Shown: positions 37,798-50,925 of the stretch, one piece after another
Layout: every line of letters begins with the position of its first letter
How positions within the stretch are numbered: position 1 is the stretch's first letter
Source of the DNA: Girardia tigrina
Lineage: Eukaryota
Direction: 5' to 3'
Length of the DNA stretch: 64,000 nt
Assembly (NCBI GenBank): GCA_001938485.1
Contig: MQRK01191251.1
Span: forward strand, 1-64,000
Made by a program: the position numbers and the translations under genes
The notes under the pieces: model-generated
What the model was told of the DNA's origin: nothing
What the model saw: only the letters and a program-made list of their open reading frames with translations
The model's database searches: none

Positions 37798-40499
37798 CAG
37801 AGTGGGTGGCGCAGTGGTGTGACTGCGGCTGATTGGTGACGGTAGCGACTCTTTTGTCAGAGGGGAAGAAGAAAATAATATCTCACCCGGAAAGAGAGGA
37901 AATAAAATAGAGTGTTTTTTTGATTTTTAAGGTCATTAAATTCCGAGCCCTAATGATAAGAGTTTACTTAAGTGCTGTCGTGAGTAAGGTGTTGAAAGAG
38001 TAGGGATAGTTTTGTGCGCAAAGAGAGGCGCGAAAGCAAAATCATTTCGTCCTACCAAAAAGATGGTAGACTTACTGTACCTCTGGTCTCAAGGAGCAAC
38101 CTCTAAAGATTTCGATACACGGAAGTAAATTGTGGGCTGTAAAAATGATGGTGCAATGAATTGGCAAAAGAAAGGTAAAGATGTTGTGAGGGTGGGTGAG
38201 TAGTTGGCTGCACAAATACTGATATGCGATTCCATACATGGAATTAGATTAGATCGTGTCTTGGTGGGAGTGTGGCACCGGTCAACAATGATCTGTACAA
38301 CTAGTCCCGGGATTTTGATACGCGGAAGTGGGTTGAAGGCTGTATAAACGGGAGTGCAGTAAGGTGGTCGTTAAAAATATAAATGGATAAATGATCAGTA
38401 GAATGATAAGTCCCCCAGGTGGCTGATACTATCCGATACTATCAGCCGACCTAGGCTTATGTGTGGGGTGTGGAAACGTTCACTCAATTGAAGGGTGCAT
38501 GGGGAGGCCGCTAGTGAAAGAACCCCTGTGTAAACCTGGGCACGTGTAAAGGATGCCCAAAAGGGTCGATACGTGGTGTGAATGCATTTCAGTATTAACC
38601 GGGTTCATGTGCCCACGGATCAATAAGTATAGCAAAAATACTTCAAAAAAGTGAAATGCTCATATCATTTTAAATGACTGATACAAATTAAATTATTTTT
38701 TTTAATTATATAATTATTTTATATTTTTTTTGAAATTTTTATTTTTATTGTCTTCCAAAAAAAATTTACATAAAAAATACTTTAAAAACTTTCAATTGAT
38801 CGAATTATTAATTTCATCTAAATTTTACTTGAAAAGTATTTCAAAGAATTTTATTATACAAACTTTTATTAAATCGGTTTATAAAAAAATATATTATATA
38901 TTTAAAAAATAATAATTTCTTTTTAATAATTAACATTTAGAAATATCTTATGTTGCAATTATAAACATAAATCATGCTCGAACAATTGCTAATCCGTGAT
39001 TAGTCATTACGCAAATCCGAATACCAAATTCAACATATCAAATTTAAAATATTCGTCACAATTTTTTATGTTTTGGAATACTTTTAAATATATTTTCGGA
39101 ATAACCTTGCAATAAACTATAAAATAAAATTAAAAATTTGTATCTCGAAACACATTTTTAAGACAATATTTGTAAACTAAATAATAATAATAATAACAGT
39201 AATTAAAAGAGAAATGATCAAAGCAAGCGCTGTTGAAAGGTTTCATTTTCATTTAAATTAAAACAGAATGAATTTATGCCGATCGAAAATCCTCTCATCG
39301 AATGACAGTTATAAATTTTGGAGAATATATGAATAAATTTAGTGTGAACGTTAATAATGAGGCTTCGTGAATAACGTTGAAAATCTGATCCGATCCGTCA
39401 TGTATGTTGTCTGAGACAAAATATTTTCAATTAAAAAATCTTCAAAAAACTGACAAATGTGTTAATAAAGGATTGAGCAAGAATAATAAGTCTTCTTTGC
39501 CTTTCGACAGTTATTGGATGCGGTAATAAGGGAAATTTCGTTTTTTTGTAAGAATTAAGTGATTACTAAACAAACATGACAGTTTACTATCTCAAAAAAC
39601 ATTATAATCCACATAAAAATGATAAATGGATTTAAACTATAGAAAATATAAATTTAAAATAAAGAAAAAATAATACTTAATTATATTATAATTCGAGGTA
39701 AAGTAGACGATTTTACTAGATACTTATTTTAAAACAGGGCACAGTCACCTTTTTATCTCACAGAGTTCCAGATGGGTATGTAAAATGAAAGGGAAGGGCC
39801 CCACAATCTGTGTTTACATGAAAGAAAGGGTGACAAAAGAAAGGGTGTTGAAAATAAATATCACACAAAATATTATTTAAAATTTTTAACGCCTTTGAGA
39901 ATCGGTAAAACACGCGTTCAATAACACCGCCTTCCTTTTCATAATAGCGGAATAAATGATATTGATAATGTAATAAAAAATATGAAAATTGAAAGGGCCG
40001 CAAGTGGGAAACTTTAGTGAAACATTTGAGATATTCGGGGTACGAAATGTGATGATAAAATTAATTTAATTGGGACAAATCATTGTTAAACAAAATGAAT
40101 TAAAAAAAAATATATCCGCATATAAATTTTGACAACCTTATATATTTATTTTTCGGTATCTTGTTAATAGTTAGACTAATGAGTTATATCTATAAAAAAA
40201 TATCAATTTAATATGAAAAAAATCAATTTTTATGAAAAAATATGTATTTAATATGAAAATATCAATTTAATATGAACTAATGTTTTAAAAATGCATTCGT
40301 TTACAATTCAGCCTGCCATATTATTTTGAACATAGATTTCAATTTTTATATATTTTATATAAAAAATTAATTTAATATGACAATATTGATATATATGACA
40401 ATATTTAATATTGACAATAAGACGACACAAATTTTTTAATTCTACATATTTATTAATTCAACACAGTAAAAGTTAATTTTTAACATTTCATTCATTGCA

Positions 40500-41100
40500 A
40501 ATTCATTCATTGCATAGCCAACGCAAGTATTTCAGTTTTTCATCATTTGATGCATTCAAATTGTATTCTTGCACAGCCATTGCAATAGCCTCACTCAGTG
40601 ATACATATTTTTTCTTTACAACCACAGGGCGACCTGACAGAGCATTTACCAAAGTCAGTCTGTGACAAGCAATATCTCTTCGAAGTCCATCAAGCAAGAT
40701 CCAAACACTGGGGTGGCTGCATTGAAAGCATTAAGAATAGCATTAATAGCATTGTGGAAACCTCCACAACAATTTGTAGTTTTTTGATAAGATGAACCTG
40801 GTACAATTTCTCAGCAGTCCGGAAAGCAATCCAACTCAACGACGATTCAGATTAATCAAAAACTATATCAACAACCTCTACTTTTTTGCGGAAAACATCA
40901 ACAACATCAAAGATGTAGAACTCAGCTGGTTAAACAGGTTAATCAGAACCGCCTACGAGCTATCTATTCCATACCCAAAGGAATGGCTATCAACAAACAA
41001 AACCTAATCACTTTACAAATGAAAAGATTAGTGAAATCTTGACAAGCATCTGCGACCGATGCCACAGTAAAAATGGTAGCTATTAAGACCACTAATATGA
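40500..41100 (-). pseudogene. MULE transposase C-terminal remnant
   Basis: KTTNCCGGFHNAINAIL..TPVF/LLDGLRRDIACHRL matches MULE 'TNN..EG.HN..N....P..W.L...L'. Tandem ATCAATTTAATATGA repeats at 40200-40385 look subterminal. Confidence 0.65.
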
Positions 41101-43205
41101 TTTCCAATACTTTTATTGACAACTGACAAAAATGTTATTGTCTCGACAAACGTTCGTAGTTAGATATCGTTCTTGATTGATGAAACTAAACTCTATTTTT
41201 TGAACCTCTGATTATTCGATTTTGAATATTTAAATTACATTTTCGTATTAAAATATTGAAAAATTATTTTCAAAAAATATCTAAATTCATTGTAAATGCA
41301 TTTTCTATGATTAAATAAATCTTTACTTTACAATCTACTATTAAAATATTTTAAATCACTTTCAAATACATTTAAAATATTTTGATTAAAATATTATTAC
41401 ATATTTCTTGATTAAAATATCTTAAGATTTAATTTTAAAGTTCTTATTTATATTTTAAAATTGTCGGAATAATCCTACGGTTCAAAACATTCCAAATATC
41501 AATCTTCTATCTGTGTTTCAAAATGCAATGAGAAAAACATACCAATCATAATATACAATAAACGCCATTCGACAATATTTATTACGGTAGTAATTTTGTC
41601 AAGAAATTACAAATTCAATGTTAAGAACCGAAGAATAACTTAAATTGGCTTATCGTTTCGGTCTAATAATCCAATAGTAATTAAACACATGAATATAAAA
41701 TGACGTTTATTGAATCTACTTTCGTTTTTATACAATAGATGTTATATTATAGTCAAGAACGAGAACACTCACGTATACAGTCCATACATAGTTAGAAATA
41801 TCGTAAAAAAAACTATTCACAACATGTAAGATAATGTTTTATAAAAAAGAATTTTTGAAAAATTGACAGTGGTTCATATAATAATCAAGTTGACAAAAAT
41901 GAATTAAATATAAACTTAAAACTTACATACTATTATTACTCTTTTTATTTTTCCGTTAAATAAAGATTTACTATCCATTAAGAAAGGATAATAATATTAA
42001 ATTTCAATTTATAAGTTTTTTCGTCATTTAAATTATAAATAATATTGTTATAATTATTTATAAATTTCTCTATCTATCTCTTTGCCCAAAGACGATTTAA
42101 ATCAGCTTTTTCTAATGTTATATTGAAAGACAATTAACTTATCATTCATCATTGAATTTTGTTGCTTACAGCCTATATTTATATAAAGTTGGTGCGAGAG
42201 CGGGCGCAGTGGATGTGCGGTTGCTGCACCTCTGGGTTGAGGGGTGGACTGAGGTTCGAATGGACAAATAAAAAATTATTTCACATGGTTTATCGACGAT
42301 CTGAGACCCAATCTCTGTGCCCTCCCTCAAATGTTGTCCGTTTACGAGCATCACGACGTCAATGCGCACAATAATATTAGACTGGGCACCTCGGTACTCT
42401 TCAACACATCTACATATCTCATCGAATCAATCTTCTTGAATGAACACTTTTCTTCTAACAAATCGATTTTTTACAAGTAAATCGAGAATTTTTTGGATTA
42501 ATCAATGAAAATATTTTTCCTCCATTACCATTCAAAATCGATTGAAAAATATTGAAATTTTTAGGAAACTACATTTCTTCCGACACCACATAACAACCGA
42601 TGATTGTCGCATTACCGGGAAACATTCTGAAAACATTAAGGGCGTGCTGACCCATCCATTTTGGATTAAGACTGAAGCTGGAATTATTCTCCTCTGAATT
42701 AGGACTGTTTTCAGTTGGACATGCAATCGGAAGAGAGACATTTATGTTTTATCCTTGTTTATTTCCAATCAATAATCCACAATCGATATTGAACTTGGAT
42801 ATATCGAAATTGACTAATTTAGACATCGATTTTGTCAAATAGAATCAACAGTTAAAATATACAATCAAACACATTTAATTAAAGAGCATTTAGTCAAAAA
42901 AATGGTGATTTTTAGCAAATAAATTAAAACGAATTTTCGCGCCAAAAAACTTTTATTGAATTAAATTGACTCGTTAAAACAACCAAAAAAATTATAGTTC
43001 ATTCGATCGATTTACAGTCATAACAAAAATTTCGATTCGAACCTTGTTTCTTTGACTTTTCGGCCAATCAGAAACAGCCACACAATTCCACAGTCATTCG
43101 ACATATATACGCACGCAGACGCATACATACAAAATGTTCTTAAATTCGATTCTAACTCCTGATAAAAATATTTTATATATTTTCGTTCAATAGTGATTTT
43201 AATTT

Positions 43206-43565
43206 TTGACTAATCTCCAAGAATTTCGTCAAAAACAGTTACCTTGCTCTTATTTTGTACCTACAGCAAACGATGATGTAGCATGGTCTCACGAATTCAC
43301 AAGCATTAATGTACCAGAGAGTGAAGTAAACAACAAAAAATGGTATCGAGCAATCGAGCATAAGGGTATGCGTGGTGGTGTCAGACACGGTTTCACCCCT
43401 TTCGTACGACTGATAATCCACATACATCACCTTCAGCACAATCATATCAATTATTTCGACCGAGAGATTGTGTTTCTTTGGATTAATGACAAGCAGAACC
43501 AGTCTGTCGATCTCACAGAAATGAGTGAATATCAGTATTTCGTCATTTATCAATTTGTTATTTGA
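43206..43565 (+). other. Unidentified ORF or coding-like segment
   Basis: Open in both strands for >100 codons in very AT-rich DNA, with a CCAAT box at ~43064. No motif recognised. Confidence 0.25.
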
Positions 43566-44456
43566 CAATCTGTTTTCGAAATTCGATCCAACACTCGACT
43601 GAAAGATCTCTTTTTTTCGGCAAATAAAAATTAGGAGCTTTCTTAACGACGATCGGTTTTTGGTCAAAATAATAACCGGCGATCATGATTCACCGATAAA
43701 TTGACTTAGAACTAATCGATTTAGATTTGTAACACAAATTGATAATGAGATCAATTTCAAATTGTTATTCCAACAAAATATTCCGTTTAACCTTCAGCGA
43801 TTATTTTAACAAAATTGTTTTTTAATTTTTGATGTTTTTTTATTAAATTATTTAAAATTAAAATTTATTACGAAGCAAAGGATATGTACAAATAATAATA
43901 TTATGATTAATTAAAGAAAATTAAATAATTAATATTAAAAAAAGATAAATGAAATTAAATTATTATTCAAAATAGAAATTTTAATTTTAAAAATTAATTA
44001 TTTGATTTTTGTCCAATGAAACAAAGCAAAATTTATTACCGATGACTTGTTGAATCGATTCGAGTCAGTTAACTGATTTGTGTGCCGATTGTTTTATCGA
44101 GTGATTAGTGAATGAAATTGCTTACTCTGATTGGTTGACCAATCCGAGTGAGCCTTGAGCCAGAGATTATTTTACTCTTCACGATTTAATAATTTTTGTG
44201 AAAATTTTGTCGAGCGCCTTGAACGATTGTGATTTTGAACTTTAATTATTTATGATTTTTTTCGAAGGTTTTGAATGACTATAATTTTGAACAGTTTGAT
44301 TTTTTGTGAAATTTTATCAAACTGTTATTTGAATTATGAAATTACAATTTATTTGTCGAACTAATTTGAATTTTGTATTAAGAATTTTTTTTTAAAAATT
44401 ATTTAAAAAATTGCTGAACAAATTATTTTAATTACCGATTAAAAGATATAAAAATA

Positions 44457-45725
44457 CGGATATTTCCTAATAGTATCTCCATTCAAATAGTGTCTCTTAC
44501 TTTTAAAAATGGGGACAATATTTAATACTGTTCCCTTAAATTTCAAAAATGTTGGTTAAATTAAACGCTTTTATCCGAAATTATAGAACTACGTGAAATT
44601 GATCAAATTAAAGATACCAAGAACCGTTGTTTGTAACAGGCAGTCATTTTGACCGAAAAAATAACATTTCTTTAGAGAGACGTACTCGATGGTTTTATGA
44701 GAGACATAATTTGTCCCTAAGAAGAATAAACAATCTTATAACTTTGACTGATAATGTCTTCGTTGATAGAGCTGTTTTGTTCGTTGTGTTTCTTCAAATA
44801 TTATTGCCGTCAATAAAAGTAACAAAAAATATTCTTATAGACGAAACTGCTGTCTATTTTGAAGACAATAACTCAGACTGTTGATATGAAAAGAAGACGG
44901 CTTGTCATCATGTGATCAACATGATTTTCTTTATTGAGAATTACGGATATTCTTTCTGTTTGGCAAGTGGAAAATGTCCTGTCCTTGATTATTCATAAAG
45001 AAAAGATTAGATATTGATTTAAAATGAAAATTAAGTAATGTCAACGACACCAAAAAAGAGCATGGATAACTCAAAATATTATAATCCATTGGATTGATTT
45101 AAAATTTCCTAGATTTGATATAAGTCCAGGTTAATGAATCCTTTTGGATTCGTGTAGAGCTCACATTTTCAAGGTCAAAGAACATTGTCAAAAAAGGAAC
45201 ATTTTAGTGGCCGTTATTCGGGCTGATTAACATTATATCTTAAGGCGGGGAAAATAAGAATCTTTCTGGAATTTTAAGATTTAGTATTTTCGAGAATCAG
45301 TTCTTGGTAAGTTTCATCTAAAATTGAATTTACCAGAAATGGTAATTCTAAGCCACCTGACAGACCCAAGGTCACATCTTCGGTTGGAAATTCATGCAAT
45401 GCTGTGTCATCGGAAAATATAATAAATTCTGTATATGCGACTGGAATTTCTCTTCATAGTAATAATTGGTACATAGTAAATCATGATGTTTACGGAACAT
45501 TATTGAATAAAAAATATTTAAAGGTGAAAGCATTCAATCCATCTGTTGAACCAAATGATGTTTCTGAAGAATTAAATGAACTTGAAATAGAAGATGAATA
45601 AGTTTCTTAAGAAACTTGTTTTGATTATTTTTCATAAAATCTAAATAGTGTCCTCATTTTAAAAATTTATTGAATTTTTGGAGAGACTATTTAATAGTGT
45701 TCGGGGTACTATATGGAGATATCCG
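44457..45725 (+). mobile_element. Degenerate pogo/Tc2-like DNA transposon
   Basis: TIRs CGGATATTTCCTAATAGTATCTCC and GGGGTACTATATGGAGATATCCG with TA on the left. Peptides WFYERHNLSLRR, LIDETAVYFE and LLDSCRAH; many stops. Confidence 0.8.
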
Positions 45726-46989
45726 TTATTATGCGATGAGCAAACACTTACTCTCTGTAATAAAATTGACGCAACACAAACACAAAATTAGCGAGTTTCA
45801 AATCCATCACTACATCTTCGTGGAATGTACAAAAGTTTTATTTTTATAAAAATTTATAAATGGAATAAGTTTATCTATAAATCTAAAAAAATTTGAAATA
45901 AATATAATAATTATAAATATTATTGTGTAAAGTCCGAGTACTTATTGAACGCACAGTGTATTATTTATATATTATTTAAAATAATATAAATTTTTAATTT
46001 TACAAGAAAAATATTTTTTTGCTTTTGTTATTTTTGGAAATTTGCTTTTTCTAATAGGTTCGTGCTTTCAATTGAAAAGAATAATCTTCTTTAAATCTGT
46101 GGAGAAATTCAAATACTTTTAAAAATTGGAAAAAAATATTGTAAAATTTACCCATTGTTTCTGTTTTGGCAGTAAATTGTACAAAATGATAGCGAAAAAT
46201 GTCGTATTGAGTATACATTGAAAAATCTTTTGAAGTGTTTTAATATCATTAGGAAAAAAATATTATAAAACTTTAAGAAAGAAAATTTGAAGAGGGAACC
46301 TAAAATTGCTCTGAAAAATACTTATTTAATTATTTAATTTTTAAGATGATAATTGAGAGACTCGAAAGATTTTTTTACCATTTGAGTTAAGAGTTTCATC
46401 GACTTGTTTAGGCAAAAAGAAATATACACGTATGAGTTATGCTTAATTGCACTTTATTATTTATTAATTAAATCAGTTTATATTTTTACGTGTATTATTT
46501 TATCATTATAGTTTATTTATTTTATTTAATTTATTTAATTTATAATTAATTAATTTATTTATTTATTAATACATTATATTATATAAAATTCTGCATGTAC
46601 ATAATCATATATTTATTAATTATTATTATTTATAAATTACTGTAACCTGAACTTCTTTTATGTTTTTATTATTCTAGAAAAACAAAGATGATTTATTTTC
46701 AATTTCGATGTCCCATGAAAAAATGAAAATAAATCTTATTTAAAGCGTTCTACATGAATAAATTTTGACAAAATAAATTTTCGTTTCTAATTAATTTGAT
46801 TTTAAATCAAAAAATAAAATGAACTAATTTAATCTTATTATTTAAAAAAAACGAAAATACATATTTTAAAATAATTATTACAATTTTCTTAAAAAAGTAT
46901 GATTAAATATATGATTAAAATTCGTGTTAGAAATGATTAAATTAATATAATGCAATAAAATTAACAGATACATAATTTATAATAAAAAT

Positions 46990-48445
46990 AACGATTATAA
47001 ATTATGTGTGAAGCATTTGCGCTTGCTAAACGTCTTCTCGATTCTCTAATCCTAATATTTGGTATGTTTTTAATTAAACTTAATTCAATCACATTTACTC
47101 TAGCACCGGTGTCTAAAAGACAGTGTACTTCTCTATTTTTAATGTAAAAATCTATACTTGGTCTACCATCCAGTTTGTCATATTTAATGTTAAGCTTTGT
47201 TATTTTTAAAATTTCTTCATTCTTCATTTTGTTTCTTTTTTCTTCTTTTTTACTACTAAAACAGTTCCCTTCACATTCTTCGTTCTAACAATCTAATTTA
47301 CAAACTTCGAAGGGGTTATTTCCAGTCATACAATTACATATACAATCACACACACATTCACATACACAATCACACACACCACCATACTTATTTTTATCAC
47401 TTAATGAAGCACATTGATCACCTCTCCTTGCGATCGTGCCTCCTCGTTTCCCTGATCCTTTTCATACCTTTGTCTCTTATCTGGGAAAACCCTTTTTGTT
47501 ACCTTTCCTTGATTTGATCTAGTCTCTTCGTATTTGCTGTCGTCATTGCATTCATCGATTTCCGCAACTGGGTATTGACAATTTTGAGGTTTATTAGGGT
47601 AAGCTGCATTATTTTTTTCTTCCAATCGCTGTTTCTACTGTACTCTTTCCTTAAATCTATTCTTGTTGAGATAACATTGAGTTCTATAATGGCCATTTCT
47701 GTTGCAATGAGTACACTTCACATTTAGGCAATCTCTTTTTATATGGCCTTCTTCTTGACATGCATAACATTTTACAGTTCTGTAATAATTGTTTTTTCGG
47801 TTTGAATCCATTATTTCCTTGGTTCCTATTGTTGTGTTCGTAATGTCTATGTAGGGTTCTTTCGATGTGTACAGCTTTGCGGCTAGTTACGGTGTTCCAT
47901 TTATCTTGTTTATTTACCGTCGTATATGCTGCCACTGTTTCCTCACTTTCCATTTTACGTAGTTTGTACATATTGGTAACTATGCTTTTTATATATTTGG
48001 TTTCAGTTGTTCCTCTCAGTTTTAATTCTTTTTTGATTGCATAAGTGTCAACCATATTTAAACAGGCAAGGTTGAGTAGTTCTTTTTTAGACATTTCTTC
48101 TTTTGTTAATATATTCACAAGTTTCTCTGCTTTTTTGTATGTTTCTTCTGGGTTGGAGGATCCCCACCGTAAGTTTACCAACTCCTTCCTTGTATCCAGA
48201 ATGGATTTTTCTTTAGTAAATGCAGCCTTCAATTTTTTTATAATTTTTACCGTCCATCTCTGAATATTTTTTTATTGCCGACGGTGTCATAAACACAGCC
48301 ACCGTCACTATTTTCCTCTCTTCTGCTATACCCATAATGTCGGAATAGCGTTCGAAATAATCAATGAAATCTTCCTAATCCGATTCAGATCCATTGAATT
48401 TTTCACATCCCATAATGTTTGTTGTCACATGAGCCGTGGTCGCCA
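46990..48445 (-). mobile_element. Ty3/Gypsy gag-protease remnant with PBS and no recognisable LTR
   Basis: PBS-like TGGCGACCACGG (48445-48434). Gag EKFNGSE..FIDYFERYSDIMG, two knuckles CYACQEEGHIKRDC and CTHCNRNGHYRTQC, and protease CLLDTGARVNVI. Confidence 0.9.
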
Positions 48446-48689
48446 TATTAACAACATCACAATTTGAATGCAAACATTTATTTACAACACAAACAGATTC
48501 TTCACAACAATTTCCAGAGGTCATCTTTCTTTGATTGATATAGTTTTTGTTTCTGTATTCAAATCTAAAAAAAACAATGAATGGAAAATTTTTTTAATAT
48601 TGACTTTTAATTTCTCATAATGTTATTGGATAAAAAGGCATTATGTAATTTTTAGCGCAATTTCCATACTGACAATTGCGATTATTAAT

Positions 48690-49015
48690 GGGTTATTTCT
48701 GTGTGGAGGGATGGATGTGTGTCCGCAGCTTTAAGTCGTATCTCCTCCTCAACGAAGCAATATCGAGGGCTAGTTCTAAAAGCAAATATGTTAAGCAAGT
48801 TCGGAGGATGATTGTGGGCCAAAAAAATTCCCGGAATTCCTTCATGGATTTCCCGGAAAAGCCAAAAAACCTCTAAAAAATGCAGTTTTTGGCTTATATC
48901 TCGGCAACCAGACCACTTAGCGACTTGAAACATTTACCAAACGATTCCTGCAATAATTTAGAACAATATTGTCGAAGAAAGTTTTCAAAAATATCCTTTC
49001 GTTCGGTCACAAAAA
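48690..49015 (+). mobile_element. Possible Helitron/Helentron-associated short interspersed element
   Basis: GC-richer insert with GGATGGATGTGTGTCCGC..TATCTC and TTATATCTCGG motifs reminiscent of DINE-1/HINE elements. It is absent from the duplicated segment at 50820-51690. Confidence 0.3.
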
Positions 49016-49654
49016 ATTAATCATAGTCAAATACTGATATAAACGTTTTAATATTTGGGCACCGAATAACATAAGGAAATTGCGCTTAAATTGTCACTAG
49101 ACTTTTTATTAACTTGTTTAAATAAACATTAATATTTAAAATATATTAAATTTAATAAGTTAAAATCGTTTACTTAAAATATTATTAGAATTCATAATTA
49201 TAAAACTTTAATTAATTAGTACTTAAATTAATATCATTAAATTAGTTTCATTAGATTCAAATAATCAATCAATAACATATCAATTCCATCTGAGTAGGAG
49301 AGTCACAAATCAAAACAGCATACAAACAACAAACTTACAACATTCCAAATTTTCCCTGACAAACTCAATTTAAAAGAAAAATATTTAATCAATTTTGAAC
49401 CATTATCTTACAATTTTTTATTAAAAATGATCGAGGGAAATGTTTAAAAATAATGTTTCAATCAATTATTGACAGTTTCTTATTTTCTTTTGACGATAGT
49501 AGAATAAATTAGATAAATATATATTTGTAGGGGTCTACCACAAAGAGATAATATAATCATATTTAGTCATGGATATTATATATTTATAACATTTTTTGAA
49601 CTTTTTTAATTAAAAAGAAGTTGTATAAATATATTCGTTCTCAATATATATATA

Positions 49655-49709
<55 letters not shown>

Positions 49710-49989
49710 TTAGTTAAGCTAGTCCCAACTGGAAAATTATACTTCTAGTGCTTACTGTCAGCCGGGCAACTTATATAATAAACATATCTATAAATAATTT
49801 TATATTAAATAATTAAATATATAATAATTATAAGAAAGCTATGCGATCATAATTAATTTAAATAATTAAAATTTCAAAAATCAATAATAAAATTAATTTA
49901 TTTGACTAAATTTGTAATCTCTTTCCGGTCGTTCATCCAAGATGCCTGCAAAATACCAAAAATCCAATTCAATTCATCCGAACATTTGA

Positions 49990-50925
49990 ACCCATCGTTC
50001 AACAGTAGATTACTATATATGTTTTCCAGTCATAATATGCACGGGCAAATATTAAACTTTTACGACAGTTAAAATCTGTAAAAATTGGTTTCTTTGCAGT
50101 TATACATCTATGAAGTTCATTTTCATGCCACTATTTATGGAATATACGTACCCCAAGATTTATTCTATTCTTATATTTTTGCAAGCAATGAAGATTTGAT
50201 AAAAAGCATATGATTCTACAAGGACCATAACCAGAATTCAATGTTTTTAAGTTAGTTCTTTTAGAATGAAAACGCCCTATGTCCTTTACTATATCAACCT
50301 CTTTATATTTGGCGAAAATTTTGGGTACTGCAGTGGTGGAGGTGCCAGTAGCTACATACAAAAAAGCAAAAAACAAAAAAAACATACAAATTATAAGTAA
50401 AAATTAAAATTAAAGCTTGCTTTTGAATAAGCATTTCCTTACTTATTGCTGGGTACTGAATGTATATATTTAAATAATAAGATTTTATTTTATTTATTTT
50501 TTTGAAGAAATTTCGAGAAAGTCATTATATTTGCCTGGTTTTTTGCAACAAATATACAATGTAGACATGTTATTAAGTAACATTATAAATATTTCATTGT
50601 AACAATATATAACTAATTTCTGTGTTAACATTTACATTTAAAAATTTACTTTACCTAATTTTTGGAGATGTGCATCTGAGAGCCATAGATTGTGGGACTT
50701 ACAGATTTAGATTAATATTTTAATAATTTGTTTCTCACATATGTTTAAAAATCAAATTAACTTAATAATCAATCAAAATATGTTTTATCAGAAGTAAAAA
50801 TAATAATATATTAATAATATTAGCAACATCACAATTTGTGTGAAAACATTTTTTTTACAAAACAAACAGATTCTTCACAACAATCTTCAGTAAGGCAATC
50901 GTCAGTTTGATTGATAAAGTTTCAT
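49990..50925 (-). pseudogene. Multi-exon Cys-rich pseudogene of unknown family
   Basis: Exon-like frames DDCLTEDCCEESVCFV, YICCKKPGKY and ATGTSTTAVPKIF..GYGPCRIIC..HK*WHENELHRC separated by T-rich AG acceptors. A paralogous exon lies at 48446-48564. Confidence 0.4.

Noticed and set aside
38480-38535. HDV-like ribozyme on the minus strand
   Set aside because: P1 is only 5 bp, P3 is mismatched and there is no GG for P1.1.
50350-50385. Apparent signal peptide MFFLFFAFLYV of ORF 50131-50385
   Set aside because: It is the translation of a T-rich tract ending in TAG, more likely an intron acceptor.
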